From positions 1 to 50,901 of the forward strand of contig CBFHTA010000004.1 in the NCBI GenBank assembly GCA_965658655.1: a DNA stretch of 50,901 nucleotides, written 5' to 3'. Position numbers and translations under genes: made by a program. The stretch is from Candidatus Babelota bacterium (lineage in GTDB: Bacteria; Babelota; Babeliae; Babelales; CAIQNR01). Positions 19,545 to 29,757 of this stretch are shown in pieces; position 1 is the first letter of the stretch, and the number at the start of each line of letters is the position of its first letter. A model generated the notes under the pieces. It did not search any database and was not told the DNA's origin. It worked only from the letters and a program-made list of their open reading frames with translations.

Positions 19545-19685
19545 ATGAACGAGTCCTATACGCATCGTTCCAGTCAATCAAATCTCTCTCTCTCTCAACA
19601 ATCACATCATGTGATTATTCCTGTCATGTCCCTCATGCTTGTCGTCAGTCTGATGCTGATTATGACCACATTCGTGGCTTTTTAA
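19545..19685 (+). CDS. 46-aa small ORF upstream of brnQ (small membrane protein or leader peptide)
   Basis: GAGGAGG 5 nt before ATG. Translates as MNESYTHRSSQSNLSLSQQSHHVIIPVMSLMLVVSLMLIMTTFVAF* and contains (TC)7 at 19583-19596. Confidence 0.5.
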   Translation: MNESYTHRSSQSNLSLSQQSHHVIIPVMSLMLVVSLMLIMTTFVAF

Positions 19686-19740
19686 TTTCCCCTTTTTCTA
19701 ATACATTATTTTTATTTTTTAGCACGAAAGAACTATTCTC

Positions 19741-20904
19741 ATGAAGAATGTTTTAAAATCTACTGTTGTAACCGCTGGGTTGGCTATATTTTCTATGCTT
19801 TTTGGCGCCGGTAACTTAATGTTCCCTGTAGAAGCAGGTGTAAATTCTGGTGATAAATTTATATGGGGTATCGCAGGCTTTTTAACAACCGCAGTGTTAC
19901 TTCCTGTTATTGGGCTTATTGCCGTAATTTTATTTAACGGTAATTACGAGAAATTTTTTGGTCGACTTGGAAAAATCCCTGGATTCTTATCTATTGCTTT
20001 TTGTATGGCAGTAATTGGACCGTTCATTGCAATGTCTCGAATTGTAACCCTTTCTTACACCATGCTTTCTCCGTTCTTAGGAAGTGTATCTCTTCCAGTA
20101 TTTAGTATAGTTTTTTGTGGAATCACTTTCTTGGCAACCTACAAAGAAAACAAAGTGATAGATCTTCTTGGCCATATCATTAGCCCTGCATTGCTTATCT
20201 CTTTAGGAATCATTTTAATCAAAGGTATTCTACATCCAAAAGCATTGATTCCTGTAACAAAGACAGGTTGGAATGTATTCTATGAACAAGCAAAACTTGG
20301 CTATGGTCATTTAGATTTATTGGGCGGCATATTCTTTGCTTCTATTGTTCTGACCATTTTGAAAAACACCATGAAGGACCATAACGACTACAACGTAAAA
20401 ACGCTTGCTTGGACTGCTATGAAAGCTGGTTTTTTAGGATGTACTCTTCTTGGTATTGTTTATACAGGAATGGCTTTACTCGGTGCTTTTTATGGTACAA
20501 CCGTTACTACAACTAACGGTGCCGAACTCTTTAGCAAAATCTCTTTCAAAATCATGGGTACCAACGGTGCATTGGTGATTGCTACCGCTGTTGCAATGGC
20601 TTGTTTTTCAACTATTATTGCATTATCGGCTGTACTCGCAGAATATATACAGGTTGAGCTAGCAGGAAACAAAGTTGAATATATTCCTTGCTTGACTGGT
20701 GTATTAGGTCTAACAAGCTTCATCTCATGCTACGGCCTTGATAGTATCATGAAGTTCTCTATGCCTATTATTGAAACATGTTATCCAGTCATTATTGTAA
20801 TTACGCTTGTTAATATTGCACACAAAGTTTGGGGCTTTAAACCAATTAAAGTACCAACAGCATTAGCATTAATTGCATCTATCTATTTCAACTTCTTTAT
20901 GTAA
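19741..20904 (+). CDS. brnQ: Branched-chain amino acid transporter (LIVCS family)
   Basis: GLAIFSMLFGAGNLMFP signature, polytopic membrane protein. Confidence 0.92.
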   Translation: MKNVLKSTVVTAGLAIFSMLFGAGNLMFPVEAGVNSGDKFIWGIAGFLTTAVLLPVIGLIAVILFNGNYEKFFGRLGKIPGFLSIAFCMAVIGPFIAMSRIVTLSYTMLSPFLGSVSLPVFSIVFCGITFLATYKENKVIDLLGHIISPALLISLGIILIKGILHPKALIPVTKTGWNVFYEQAKLGYGHLDLLGGIFFASIVLTILKNTMKDHNDYNVKTLAWTAMKAGFLGCTLLGIVYTGMALLGAFYGTTVTTTNGAELFSKISFKIMGTNGALVIATAVAMACFSTIIALSAVLAEYIQVELAGNKVEYIPCLTGVLGLTSFISCYGLDSIMKFSMPIIETCYPVIIVITLVNIAHKVWGFKPIKVPTALALIASIYFNFFM

Positions 20905-20909
20905 AAATT

Positions 20910-20931
20910 AAGGGCGCTTTAGAGCGCCCTT
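20910..20931. terminator. Hairpin between convergent brnQ and ahpC
   Basis: aagggcgct-ttag-agcgccctt. Confidence 0.75.
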
Positions 20932-20933
20932 CT

Positions 20934-21515
20934 TTATGAATTAAAGTATTCTTTAACTCCATCTGTCGTTGCATCCATTGCCGACTGACCGGTCTCCCAA
21001 TTTGCAGGACACACTTGACCATTTCTTTCATGGAACTGTAACGCATCTAAAATACGTAATGCTTCTTCTATGTTTCTTCCCAAAGGCATATTGTGCACAA
21101 TCGCTACTTGCACAATATTATCTTTATCTAACACAAACAGTCCACGCAAAGCCATACCAGAAGCTTCATCCAGCACTCCATAGTTTAAGGCCATTTGCTT
21201 ACAATGATCAGCAACTAATGGATAGGTAATACCTTCAACTCCACCTTCTTTCTTTGGTGTCTTCAACCATTTCTGATGACTCTCAACTGAATCTGTAGAA
21301 ACACCTACCACTAGAGCGTTACGTTTTTTAAATTCTTCTAATTTTGCTTGAAACGCATGTAATTCTGTTGGACATACAAAAGTAAAATCTGCTGGATAGA
21401 AAAAAATAACTTTATACTTATCGCCTAAATCTGTTAAACAAAAATTTTCTTTAACAGTACTTTCATCAACTACTGGACAACTAAACTCTGGAGCTTTTTC
21501 ACCTACTTTAATCAT
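20934..21515 (-). CDS. ahpC: 2-Cys peroxiredoxin (AhpC/TsaA)
   Basis: Motifs FFYPADFTFVCPTE and VCPANW. Confidence 0.95.
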   Translation of the reverse strand: MIKVGEKAPEFSCPVVDESTVKENFCLTDLGDKYKVIFFYPADFTFVCPTELHAFQAKLEEFKKRNALVVGVSTDSVESHQKWLKTPKKEGGVEGITYPLVADHCKQMALNYGVLDEASGMALRGLFVLDKDNIVQVAIVHNMPLGRNIEEALRILDALQFHERNGQVCPANWETGQSAMDATTDGVKEYFNS

Positions 21516-21585
21516 ACGCGACCTTTTCGTATAAAACTGTTATTCTATTTGAGTTCAGTGTAACAAAAAATAGAAAGGTGTCTCT

Positions 21586-22635
21586 ATGGCAAAAACAACA
21601 TCGCTTGTTTTTGTTTTATACGACGGAATAGAACATTCAATATTTGAAGGCCAAGTTCTTGACCCTCTTTTAAAAAAATTAAAAAAAAATAGAACACTTA
21701 CCATTACTCTTGTATCTTTTGAAAGAAAATTCCCTTCAGAAAAAAAGATACAGACTCTCAAAAATCGCCACCCAAGGCTTTCTCTAAAACTTTTCAAAAA
21801 AACTTTTTTCTTAGGATGGCCCTCTTTGGCATTCGGATCGTGGCAATTAAATCGATATCTGAACCCATTTAAGACATACACATTAATGGCACGTGGACCA
21901 CTAGCAGGAGTGATTGCTAAAAATGCGTTCACACCAACATGCCGTAACATTATTTTACAAGCTCGTGGGTTATTAGCTGAAGAACATCGTTTTTCACATG
22001 CCAAATGTTCTTTCTTAATTCACTGGCTTTATGAGCTACGGACTCAACAACTAACCTATTGGGAACGCAAAGCGTATAAAAACAAACTGAACATTGGCTT
22101 TACTATTCAAACAGTAAGTAATGCACTCAAAGAACACTTAGCACAACAATATAACTTATCTGATAATGCTTTTGAAAACGCTCAGTTGGAAGATATGCCC
22201 ACTGTTATCATCCCAGCACAAAGAGCCAGCCTTCGTTCAACCTTTAGATCAAAACTCAACATCCCTGATGATCATACAGTTTATGTCTATAATGGCTCTG
22301 CAAAACCATGGCAATGCCCTCATGAAACTGTTTTATTCTTTAAACAACAACTGAAAACCAATACTAAAGCATTTTTATTAATACTTACTCCCGATATCAA
22401 ACTATTTAGAAAGATGTGCAAGAGGGAGCTTCTCCCAGCTACTACGTACAAGATTATTACTGTTTCTCATAAGAATATTTTTTCTTATTTATGCACAGCA
22501 GATTATGGGATACTACTTAGAGAAAAGAATACTCTTAACTGGGTTTCTCGACCAACCAAATATTTAGAATATAAAGCCGTAGGTCTTTCTATTATTCATA
22601 ACCATACAGTTGCCTTTATTGAACAAGATCGTTGA
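21586..22635 (+). CDS. GT-B glycosyltransferase-like protein
   Basis: VYNGSAKPWQ and YLCTADYGILLRE...SRPTKYLEYKAVGLSII resemble the GT4 C-terminal domain. Confidence 0.7.
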   Translation: MAKTTSLVFVLYDGIEHSIFEGQVLDPLLKKLKKNRTLTITLVSFERKFPSEKKIQTLKNRHPRLSLKLFKKTFFLGWPSLAFGSWQLNRYLNPFKTYTLMARGPLAGVIAKNAFTPTCRNIILQARGLLAEEHRFSHAKCSFLIHWLYELRTQQLTYWERKAYKNKLNIGFTIQTVSNALKEHLAQQYNLSDNAFENAQLEDMPTVIIPAQRASLRSTFRSKLNIPDDHTVYVYNGSAKPWQCPHETVLFFKQQLKTNTKAFLLILTPDIKLFRKMCKRELLPATTYKIITVSHKNIFSYLCTADYGILLREKNTLNWVSRPTKYLEYKAVGLSIIHNHTVAFIEQDR

Positions 22636-22697
22636 CAAAAAACCCCTTTTTCTGGCACATCTCATAAGAATATATCTTTAAAAACCAGGAGAATCAT

Positions 22698-23804
22698 ATG
22701 AAAAGATTTGTTCTTTTTAGCTTTTTTATAATAAATAATCTTAATGCTGCCACTCCGCCACCAGCAACACCTGTAAATCGAAACATGCCTCCCCCAAGAG
22801 GACTTTCCAGAGTAAATGTTCCAGGAGCTGGCCCCGTAGTTTCAAGACAAACAATTACTCCACGCACCGCACTACGAACAACAGCAAGACCAGGAAGACC
22901 GGCAAATCGAAACATTGCTCCGCCAACAGGGCTTTCTCAAGTAAATGTTCCCGGAGTTGGCCAAGTAGTTCCAACACAATCAGTCTCAAATATTGCTGAA
23001 TTTGCAGCCGAGCAACAAGCATTTGCCCAACAAATAGCCCGCGAGCAAAGAAGCAGTGGGAATCCTGCTTGGTCTATTCCAACAACAAGAAAGGCTCCCG
23101 TTGCCAGTGCTACACCATTACCAGCTACACCAAATGCAGCACCTGCACCAATGTCCTCTCCTGCACGCGCACGTATACCTGTAGCCGCAACTGGTCACTC
23201 TATGATAGATGTTATAAACACCACCGGAAATGAACTTGAACTTTTTATACAAGATGGTGCAGGGGGCAGACATCAAAAAACATTAACTGCAGGAACAATA
23301 CTTACCTCAATGCAAATTCCCAATACTGCTCAATCTGCTTATGTTCAAAATACAAACACATGCGCTCCAATTTCTATCATAAATGGACTTAAAGGTATTG
23401 TTATTAACCCTGACTCTACGGGGCTTAAAAACTATGAAATAACTCCTTTAATTCCAACCTATGAAAACTATGTATTGGTGTATAACCAGTCCCCTTTTCA
23501 ACAGCTTATGGTACTCGAAATAGCACTTCCTTCTAGTGGGCTAATAGGTTATCTACCTGGATTTTTAGGGGGTACACATACAGTAAAAATTACCAAACAA
23601 TTAGCACCTCAAGAAACAGGACTCATAGAAATACCAAAATTTACTACACATATTGATAATCATTACACCCCAACAGTAATCACACCAACCTCTGTCACAC
23701 TGAGCATTCCTTCCTCAATCGATGAGAATACTTATACAATCAATACAAACGAGCATGATAGTTTCGTGATAACACACAATAACAATCTCATTGCAAGCAC
23801 TTAA
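22698..23804 (+). CDS. Exported protein with a Pro/Ala/Arg-rich low-complexity N-half and beta-rich C-half
   Basis: AGGAG RBS, signal peptide, internal duplication NRNMPPPRGLSRVNVPGAGPVV / NRNIAPPTGLSQVNVPGVGQVV. Confidence 0.8.
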   Translation: MKRFVLFSFFIINNLNAATPPPATPVNRNMPPPRGLSRVNVPGAGPVVSRQTITPRTALRTTARPGRPANRNIAPPTGLSQVNVPGVGQVVPTQSVSNIAEFAAEQQAFAQQIAREQRSSGNPAWSIPTTRKAPVASATPLPATPNAAPAPMSSPARARIPVAATGHSMIDVINTTGNELELFIQDGAGGRHQKTLTAGTILTSMQIPNTAQSAYVQNTNTCAPISIINGLKGIVINPDSTGLKNYEITPLIPTYENYVLVYNQSPFQQLMVLEIALPSSGLIGYLPGFLGGTHTVKITKQLAPQETGLIEIPKFTTHIDNHYTPTVITPTSVTLSIPSSIDENTYTINTNEHDSFVITHNNNLIAST

Positions 23805-23824
23805 AAAACTAGCCACCATACAAT

Positions 23825-23853
23825 GAAGAGCCGTCCATTCCGGACGGCTCTTC
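23825..23853. terminator. Hairpin between convergent genes
   Basis: gaagagccgtcc-attcc-ggacggctcttc, a 12-bp stem. Confidence 0.8.
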
Positions 23854-23941
23854 TATATTTATTATTCAATCCCTCAGTACAACTCCTACAGAATCGCTCA
23901 GGATATCTCAATGGAACCTGTTTATTCTCACCAATACCAAA

Positions 23942-25195
23942 TTAAATAAATAATCCTGCAACCATGGCGGTCATTAAATTAGAAAGCGCACCACCAAGAA
24001 CGGCTGTTAAGCCAAGCTCAGTAAGCCATTTTCTTTTATCTGGAACCAATACTCCAATGCCTCCAACTTGAATACCTATACATGAAAAGTTAGAAAAACC
24101 GCATAAAGCATAAGTAGTAAGTGCTTCTACACGAACTGGTAAGTTCATATTTACCATTTTATAATAAGCTACAAACTCGTTAATACCTACCTTTGTTCCA
24201 AGAAGTTCCGCAACTTGCGTTGCATCAGTTCCAGTAAAACCAAGCAAGTAAGCAAATGGATAAAATAATTGAGCAAAAATAGAATCTAACGTTAAAATCG
24301 GCACATTAAATCCATGTGCATTAAGGTAAGTGCACGAACCACTTAAAATACCATTGATCATAGCCATTAATGCAATGAACGCAATCAACATAGCACCAAC
24401 ATTAAGCGCTAATTGCAAACCATCAGAAGTACCTGTAGAAACAGCATCAAACACGTTACTTGATGTATGCTCAAAAGAAACTTCTCCATCTTCTTGTGCT
24501 ATTCTTTCTGTTTCTGGTAGCAAAATTTTTGCAATCATAATAGTTGCTGGAATTGCCATAACACTGGCAGTTAATAACGATTTAATCGGAGCACCCATAG
24601 ATGCGTAAATCGCTAAAATAGAGCCACTAATAGTCCCCATACCACTCACCATAACTACTAATATTTCTGATTTAGTCATCTTTTTAAGATAGTTACGAAC
24701 AAGTAATGGTGCTTCTGTTTGTCCCAAAAAACTATTAGAAATAGCACACAACGTTTCTGCTCCTGTAGTTCCCAAGATAGGACGAACGACTATTCCAAGT
24801 CCACCCACAATGCGTTGGATAACGCCAAGATGAAAAAGAAGAGCCATAAATGCACCAAAGAAAACAATCATAGGTAAAATTTGAACAGCAAAAATTACAC
24901 CCCATGGTGTTTGAGAACTATTTGCTAAACTTCCAAACAGAAAACTTACCCCTTCAGATGCATATTTATACAAATAACCAACCCCATCTGAGAGTGCTTG
25001 CAAGAATGACTGTCCGTAACTTGTTTTAAGTGCAAAAAAAGCAATTGCAAATTGCATAACCAAAGCATTAACAACTAACCGATGATTAATTTTTTTCTTA
25101 TGACGCGAACATAAATATGCAATACCAATAATAACAGCGATACCAACTAAATTAAGATAACGATTGTACTCAAGCAAGTACGAATGCAGTGACAT
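23942..25195 (-). CDS. nupC: Concentrative nucleoside transporter (CNT/NupC family)
   Basis: Motifs FLGQTEAPLLVR, VGAMLIAFIAL, NEFVAY and ALCGFSNFSCIGIQVG. Confidence 0.93.
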   Translation of the reverse strand: MSLHSYLLEYNRYLNLVGIAVIIGIAYLCSRHKKKINHRLVVNALVMQFAIAFFALKTSYGQSFLQALSDGVGYLYKYASEGVSFLFGSLANSSQTPWGVIFAVQILPMIVFFGAFMALLFHLGVIQRIVGGLGIVVRPILGTTGAETLCAISNSFLGQTEAPLLVRNYLKKMTKSEILVVMVSGMGTISGSILAIYASMGAPIKSLLTASVMAIPATIMIAKILLPETERIAQEDGEVSFEHTSSNVFDAVSTGTSDGLQLALNVGAMLIAFIALMAMINGILSGSCTYLNAHGFNVPILTLDSIFAQLFYPFAYLLGFTGTDATQVAELLGTKVGINEFVAYYKMVNMNLPVRVEALTTYALCGFSNFSCIGIQVGGIGVLVPDKRKWLTELGLTAVLGGALSNLMTAMVAGLFI

Positions 25196-25263
25196 AAGAG
25201 CCCTTTTGAAAAGAAGTAAGATAAGAAATTCGTTAACGATATGTCACTAGTATACGTAAAAAA

Positions 25264-25286
25264 AAGAGGTGCGCAATGCACCTCTT
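25264..25286 (-). terminator. Intrinsic terminator after the 25310 gene
   Basis: aagaggtgc-gcaat-gcacctctt with a T run on the minus strand. Confidence 0.7.
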
Positions 25287-25309
25287 ACACTTTTAAAAAA
25301 AAGAAAGAA

Positions 25310-25633
25310 CTATGCAGTTTTTTCTTTAGAACAAGTCAAAGAAATAGTATTTAGATTTTTTAACCATTCCTCTTGTTCTTTTACTGATTTTTCTACAATT
25401 TCTTTTTCAAAAGAAGCAACCATTGTTGTCAGTTGATCGTCCGTTAAAGATATTTCACTTTGTTCCCCAAGTATTGAAACTACAGCTGAACGAATTTTAT
25501 TTTTTAAAGAATGCTCTTTTTTACTTTCTACTGCTTTTGTTTTAACAGTTTCTACCGGTGACGCAGTTTCTTCTGCACGCAATCCAGCAGTCGCTAATAA
25601 CACTATGGAAAGAACCTTTAAAGAATTGTTCAT
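25310..25633 (-). CDS. Small exported hypothetical protein
   Basis: AAGGA RBS and a signal peptide ending GLRA. Confidence 0.75.
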   Translation of the reverse strand: MNNSLKVLSIVLLATAGLRAEETASPVETVKTKAVESKKEHSLKNKIRSAVVSILGEQSEISLTDDQLTTMVASFEKEIVEKSVKEQEEWLKNLNTISLTCSKEKTA

Positions 25634-25736
25634 AATAATATTCCTTTATTATAAATATTTTAATACTTTTCTTACTACTTGCACATAGATATGCGGGGAG
25701 TATGCCAAGCGTTTAATTGAGTGTCAACTTAAAAAG

Positions 25737-26126
25737 TCATTTTACAGATTTATTAAGGACTCTTTCAACACCCTGACTCAAAAGATCTTCAGTCAATAAA
25801 ATCCCCTCCTGTATAGGTACATCTGCCGTAGCAAGATACTGAATTAAATGAATTTTAAATTTCATAACAGCTGCATCAAAATCTTCCTGACTACATTCAT
25901 AACAAACTTGTATACGAGCACTTTCAGGAGTATACCCTTGAGATTCTAATGTCTTATACAAGTTTTTTCCCATAAGAGAACAGTGCTTAGTCATATTGTT
26001 ATGCATTATAGCTAATTGCGTTTTCACTAAACTATCAATTCGTAACTTTAAATTTTCTTGCTGATCCGCTGTCTGCACCAATGAAACAAAACAGAAAAAG
26101 AAAAATCTAAAATAATTATGTTTCAC
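25737..26126 (-). CDS. Small exported hypothetical protein
   Basis: GTG start next to the upstream stop, hydrophobic N-terminus. Confidence 0.65.
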   Translation of the reverse strand: MKHNYFRFFFFCFVSLVQTADQQENLKLRIDSLVKTQLAIMHNNMTKHCSLMGKNLYKTLESQGYTPESARIQVCYECSQEDFDAAVMKFKIHLIQYLATADVPIQEGILLTEDLLSQGVERVLNKSVK

Positions 26127-26127
26127 C

Positions 26128-26409
26128 TTATTCCTTATTTAAATATGATCGAGCTACAATTTTTAAATCTATTCTCAATAAAACATTTAACTTATTTTCA
26201 AAAGTTTCATTTTTAAGAACGGCAATATATGCATGTGCAACTTTTGCCACCTGCACTTCAGTCAAATAAACATCCTGTTCAAGAGCCTTCTCTTTTACCG
26301 CCTGATTAAATAATTGATTCCAATTAAGTTCTTCAATGCGATTACCAGCAGCAGGTAACAAAGTTTTTGAATACATAAACAACAAAATAAGAATAGCTTT
26401 TATCTTCAT
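26128..26409 (-). CDS. Small exported hypothetical protein
   Basis: ATG at 26409 after AAGGA, N-terminus MKIKAILILLFM. Confidence 0.65.
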   Translation of the reverse strand: MKIKAILILLFMYSKTLLPAAGNRIEELNWNQLFNQAVKEKALEQDVYLTEVQVAKVAHAYIAVLKNETFENKLNVLLRIDLKIVARSYLNKE

Positions 26410-26466
26410 AATTTTTCCTTTCTTCCAAAAAGGCAATTTACAAAGAAAACATAAATGAATGAAAGA

Positions 26467-27534
26467 TTATGAAAATTTGAATGGTTTTTTACGACGCTCT
26501 TCTTGGTCATTCTTTTTAAGACCATCAACAATTTCGTCAATTTGACCTGTCATTACCACGTCCAATTTTTTAAGTGTCAAACTAATCTGATGATCGGTAA
26601 TTCTATTTTGCGGATAATTATAAGTGCGAACTTTTTCTGCTCGCATACCACGACCAACTAGCTCTTTACGCTGCTCAGACATTTCTGAATCTTTTTTTTC
26701 TTGATGTGCTGTGATAAGACGAGAACGCAACATTTTCATAGCTTTGGCTTTGTTCTTATGCTGAGAACGCTCATCTTGACACGTTACCACAACACCAGAT
26801 GGAATATGCGTTATACGAACAGCAGAATCGGTAGTATTAACATGTTGACCACCAGCACCACTTGCACGATACACATCAATCCTAAGTTGATCTGGAGAGA
26901 TATTCACATCAACTTCATCTACCTCAGGAAGAACCGCAACAGTTGCTGTTGAAGTGTGTACTCGACCAGCTGATTCTGTAGCAGGAACACGTTGAACCCG
27001 GTGAACACCAGACTCAAATTTTAAATGACCGTAAATATTACGACCTTGAATATTTAAAACAACTTCTTTAATACCGCCAAGATCGGTTTCACTTAAACTA
27101 GCAATCTCTGTGCGCCATCCTTTTGACAGCGCATAGTTTGTATACATCTTAAGTAAATCACCGGCAAACAATGCAGCTTCTTTACCACCAGCTCCTGCTC
27201 GAATTTCAAGAAAAACATTTTTTTTATCAAAAGGATTAGGAGGAAACATTGCATCATCAAGTTCAGACTGAATTGCTTCTTTTTTTGCTTGTAAATCTAC
27301 AAGCTCTAGTTCATAAAGCTCCTGCATTTCTGAATCTGTTGTTTCTGCAGATTGTTCTTTAATATCTGCCACTTCTTTATCAACAGCTTCAACTGCACGG
27401 TGCTTTTCTAGAAGCGTTTGCAATTGCGAATGTTCTTTCTGGATTTTGGGACGCTCTTTTGCCTCAACAGAACCCGAAAGCTTCTCTGCTAATTCATCGA
27501 ATCGTGTCTGAATTGCATCCCACTTAACAGCCAT
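26467..27534 (-). CDS. prfA: Peptide chain release factor 1
   Basis: PAT (PxT) specificity motif, GAGGQHVN and RTYNYPQNRITDH. Confidence 0.97.
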   Translation of the reverse strand: MAVKWDAIQTRFDELAEKLSGSVEAKERPKIQKEHSQLQTLLEKHRAVEAVDKEVADIKEQSAETTDSEMQELYELELVDLQAKKEAIQSELDDAMFPPNPFDKKNVFLEIRAGAGGKEAALFAGDLLKMYTNYALSKGWRTEIASLSETDLGGIKEVVLNIQGRNIYGHLKFESGVHRVQRVPATESAGRVHTSTATVAVLPEVDEVDVNISPDQLRIDVYRASGAGGQHVNTTDSAVRITHIPSGVVVTCQDERSQHKNKAKAMKMLRSRLITAHQEKKDSEMSEQRKELVGRGMRAEKVRTYNYPQNRITDHQISLTLKKLDVVMTGQIDEIVDGLKKNDQEERRKKPFKFS

Positions 27535-27560
27535 GCAACATCCTTAAACGATAATGTGAG

Positions 27561-27782
27561 TTATTTCTTTTTTGCTTTACCAGTTTTATAGCGTTGTTCA
27601 AATTTATCAATACGACCAGCAGTATCTACAAACTTTTGCTGCCCAGTATAAAACGGGTGGCATGCAGAACACAATGTCGCACGAATTTCTTTGATAGTAG
27701 AACGAGTCATAAACTCATTTCCACATGTACAATGAACCTTAACCTCAAATAACTCAGGATGGATACCCTTCTTCACAAGCAT
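27561..27782 (-). CDS. rpmE: 50S ribosomal protein L31 (Zn-binding type)
   Basis: KKGIHP...CTCGN...[10 protein letters not shown]...DTAGRIDKF. The real start may be GTG at 27776. Confidence 0.97.
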   Translation of the reverse strand: MLVKKGIHPELFEVKVHCTCGNEFMTRSTIKEIRATLCSACHPFYTGQQKFVDTAGRIDKFEQRYKTGKAKKK

Positions 27783-27866
27783 TCCCTTTTGCTACACAGA
27801 CTTCAAATTAACGCTATCAACTTCCCTTATTATCCTCTAAATGGGGCTTTTTGTAAAGCTCAACCG

Positions 27867-29594
27867 TCAAGATTCTTTAATATGTTCAATTTCAACCTGA
27901 AGAGCCTGCTTTAAATCAGTCACAATAGACAATATTTTAGCTTGATTGCCCTCAAAAACAATCCCCTTGGTCGGTAATAAGAAAACTGTAACCTGATGCC
28001 CCTCAAGATCAATAATCTGTCGTCCTTCACTAATAGCAACGGTCGTATTAAGACTTTTATCCTTCTCCAAGACTCGAGCAATGATGGCGAACATACGATC
28101 TGTTCCAATAGCCTTGAACTTACCAATGTTGAGTTTAAAGTGCTTTTCCTTATCTTCTTTGTCAGCATAGGCAAACCCAAGCGACAGCATGATAGGAGTA
28201 GCAATCGTAGTAAGAACAATGACCACCACACAAAGAACATAGCTTTCGGGACTAATGAGATTAGCACCACGCAAAATAGTAGCGATCACCAAGCCCACCT
28301 CTCCACGAGCAACCATAGAAGAACCAAAAAGATAAATTTCAACTGGTTTCCAACCGTTTTTTCTTCGACGCCCAGAAAGATTACTGAACTCTGTAGCTAT
28401 ATAACAACCAATCAATTTAGAAAGAATTGCCAACATCAAAAGAACACCAGCCAACTGCCACTCAGATTTAGATAAAACAGAAATATCCACTTGAAGACCA
28501 ATAGAACCCAAGAAGATCGGTAAGAGAATACCGTTTACAAAGGGAGCAGAAGCCCGTTCAGCAGTATGATGTTTATCTCCAGTCCTATGAAACAAACCGG
28601 CAAAATATGCGCCTGTAATACCAGCAAGGCCACCAACTAACTCTACAAACGAAAAGTAAAACAACATAATTGCACATGCTGCCGGAGCCATTAAATGGTT
28701 CAATTTATTTACTCTTAAGTAATCAAGTGCCAGTGGAATAAAGAAAAAACCAAAAGCTACAATCACAACCGAGCTTAATACCATATATAGAATTGAATGA
28801 CCTAAACTTACATGATGAGCATTTTGTAAAGCTTGCTGAGAAAGCCCTGCAACCTTCCCAAACACACCCGATTGTACACTCATAGTGAAAAAAGAAACTA
28901 AGATAACCGCAACAATATCATCTATAATTGCAGCTCCTAGAGTTGCTTGAGAACTTTTCAAATGCATCTTATTAGAAGAAACAAGCATGGCAACAGGAAT
29001 GGAAACACTCGTTGCAGCAAAAATTAATCCAATACCCAAGGCACTAACTAAACTATAAGAATGTGGCAAAAAATAGTATAAAAAGCCTCCAATCATACCA
29101 ATAGGAACCAACGCACCAAGTGTTCCAGCTGCTACTGCTGTAACCCCTACTTTTACTAAATCTTTTAGATTAGTTTCATATCCTGCAAGCCATAGAAGAT
29201 AAGAAACGGTTAACGCTGCTGAAAGTAACAGTACAAAGAAAACATAAAGATCTGAAGGAATAAGAGTATATAATTTTTTTGAAGCAGTATCAGCAACCAC
29301 GAATGGATGGATAAAAATAGGAAATCGAGCAATATTTATAAGAGATGGCCCTAGAATTATTCCACCTATAATTTGACCTGCAATAACGGGAACTCGTAAT
29401 GTAAATTTAAGAATTTTACTAATTACAATAGTTCCCGCAAGTAAGATTCCAACGAACAATGCAAACTTAGCAACAAACGTAGTATCTAGACCTGCTTGCA
29501 AGAAAACACTTTCGGGAATGCTGTACGGAACTTTTTGTCCCCAAAGACTGGTGGTCCAACAACTTGCTATCAGTATCGAAAATAAATATCCCAT
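27867..29594 (-). CDS. Cation:proton antiporter (CPA2 family)
   Basis: Motifs GIILGPS, ATSVSI, LGAAIIDDI and MVARGEVGL, with a soluble C-terminal extension. Confidence 0.9.
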   Translation of the reverse strand: MGYLFSILIASCWTTSLWGQKVPYSIPESVFLQAGLDTTFVAKFALFVGILLAGTIVISKILKFTLRVPVIAGQIIGGIILGPSLINIARFPIFIHPFVVADTASKKLYTLIPSDLYVFFVLLLSAALTVSYLLWLAGYETNLKDLVKVGVTAVAAGTLGALVPIGMIGGFLYYFLPHSYSLVSALGIGLIFAATSVSIPVAMLVSSNKMHLKSSQATLGAAIIDDIVAVILVSFFTMSVQSGVFGKVAGLSQQALQNAHHVSLGHSILYMVLSSVVIVAFGFFFIPLALDYLRVNKLNHLMAPAACAIMLFYFSFVELVGGLAGITGAYFAGLFHRTGDKHHTAERASAPFVNGILLPIFLGSIGLQVDISVLSKSEWQLAGVLLMLAILSKLIGCYIATEFSNLSGRRRKNGWKPVEIYLFGSSMVARGEVGLVIATILRGANLISPESYVLCVVVIVLTTIATPIMLSLGFAYADKEDKEKHFKLNIGKFKAIGTDRMFAIIARVLEKDKSLNTTVAISEGRQIIDLEGHQVTVFLLPTKGIVFEGNQAKILSIVTDLKQALQVEIEHIKES

Positions 29595-29757
29595 TGCAGT
29601 TTAGCCCTTTCTAAAAGTGTTTTACCTATTTAATAGGTTATAACGGATCATTAGGCAAAGTGCAACCAAAACCCATGTATTTTATAAAAATAGGTAAAAC
29701 TATGAATAACCAAGCTATAATAATGTTTCTTTGTGTGCTCTTGGAAACCGAAGGCTA

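Noticed and set aside
21555..28475. Long antisense or alternate-frame ORFs (21555-22004, 27920-28270, 27996-28475)
   Set aside because: Fully overlap well-supported genes and show no recognisable motifs.
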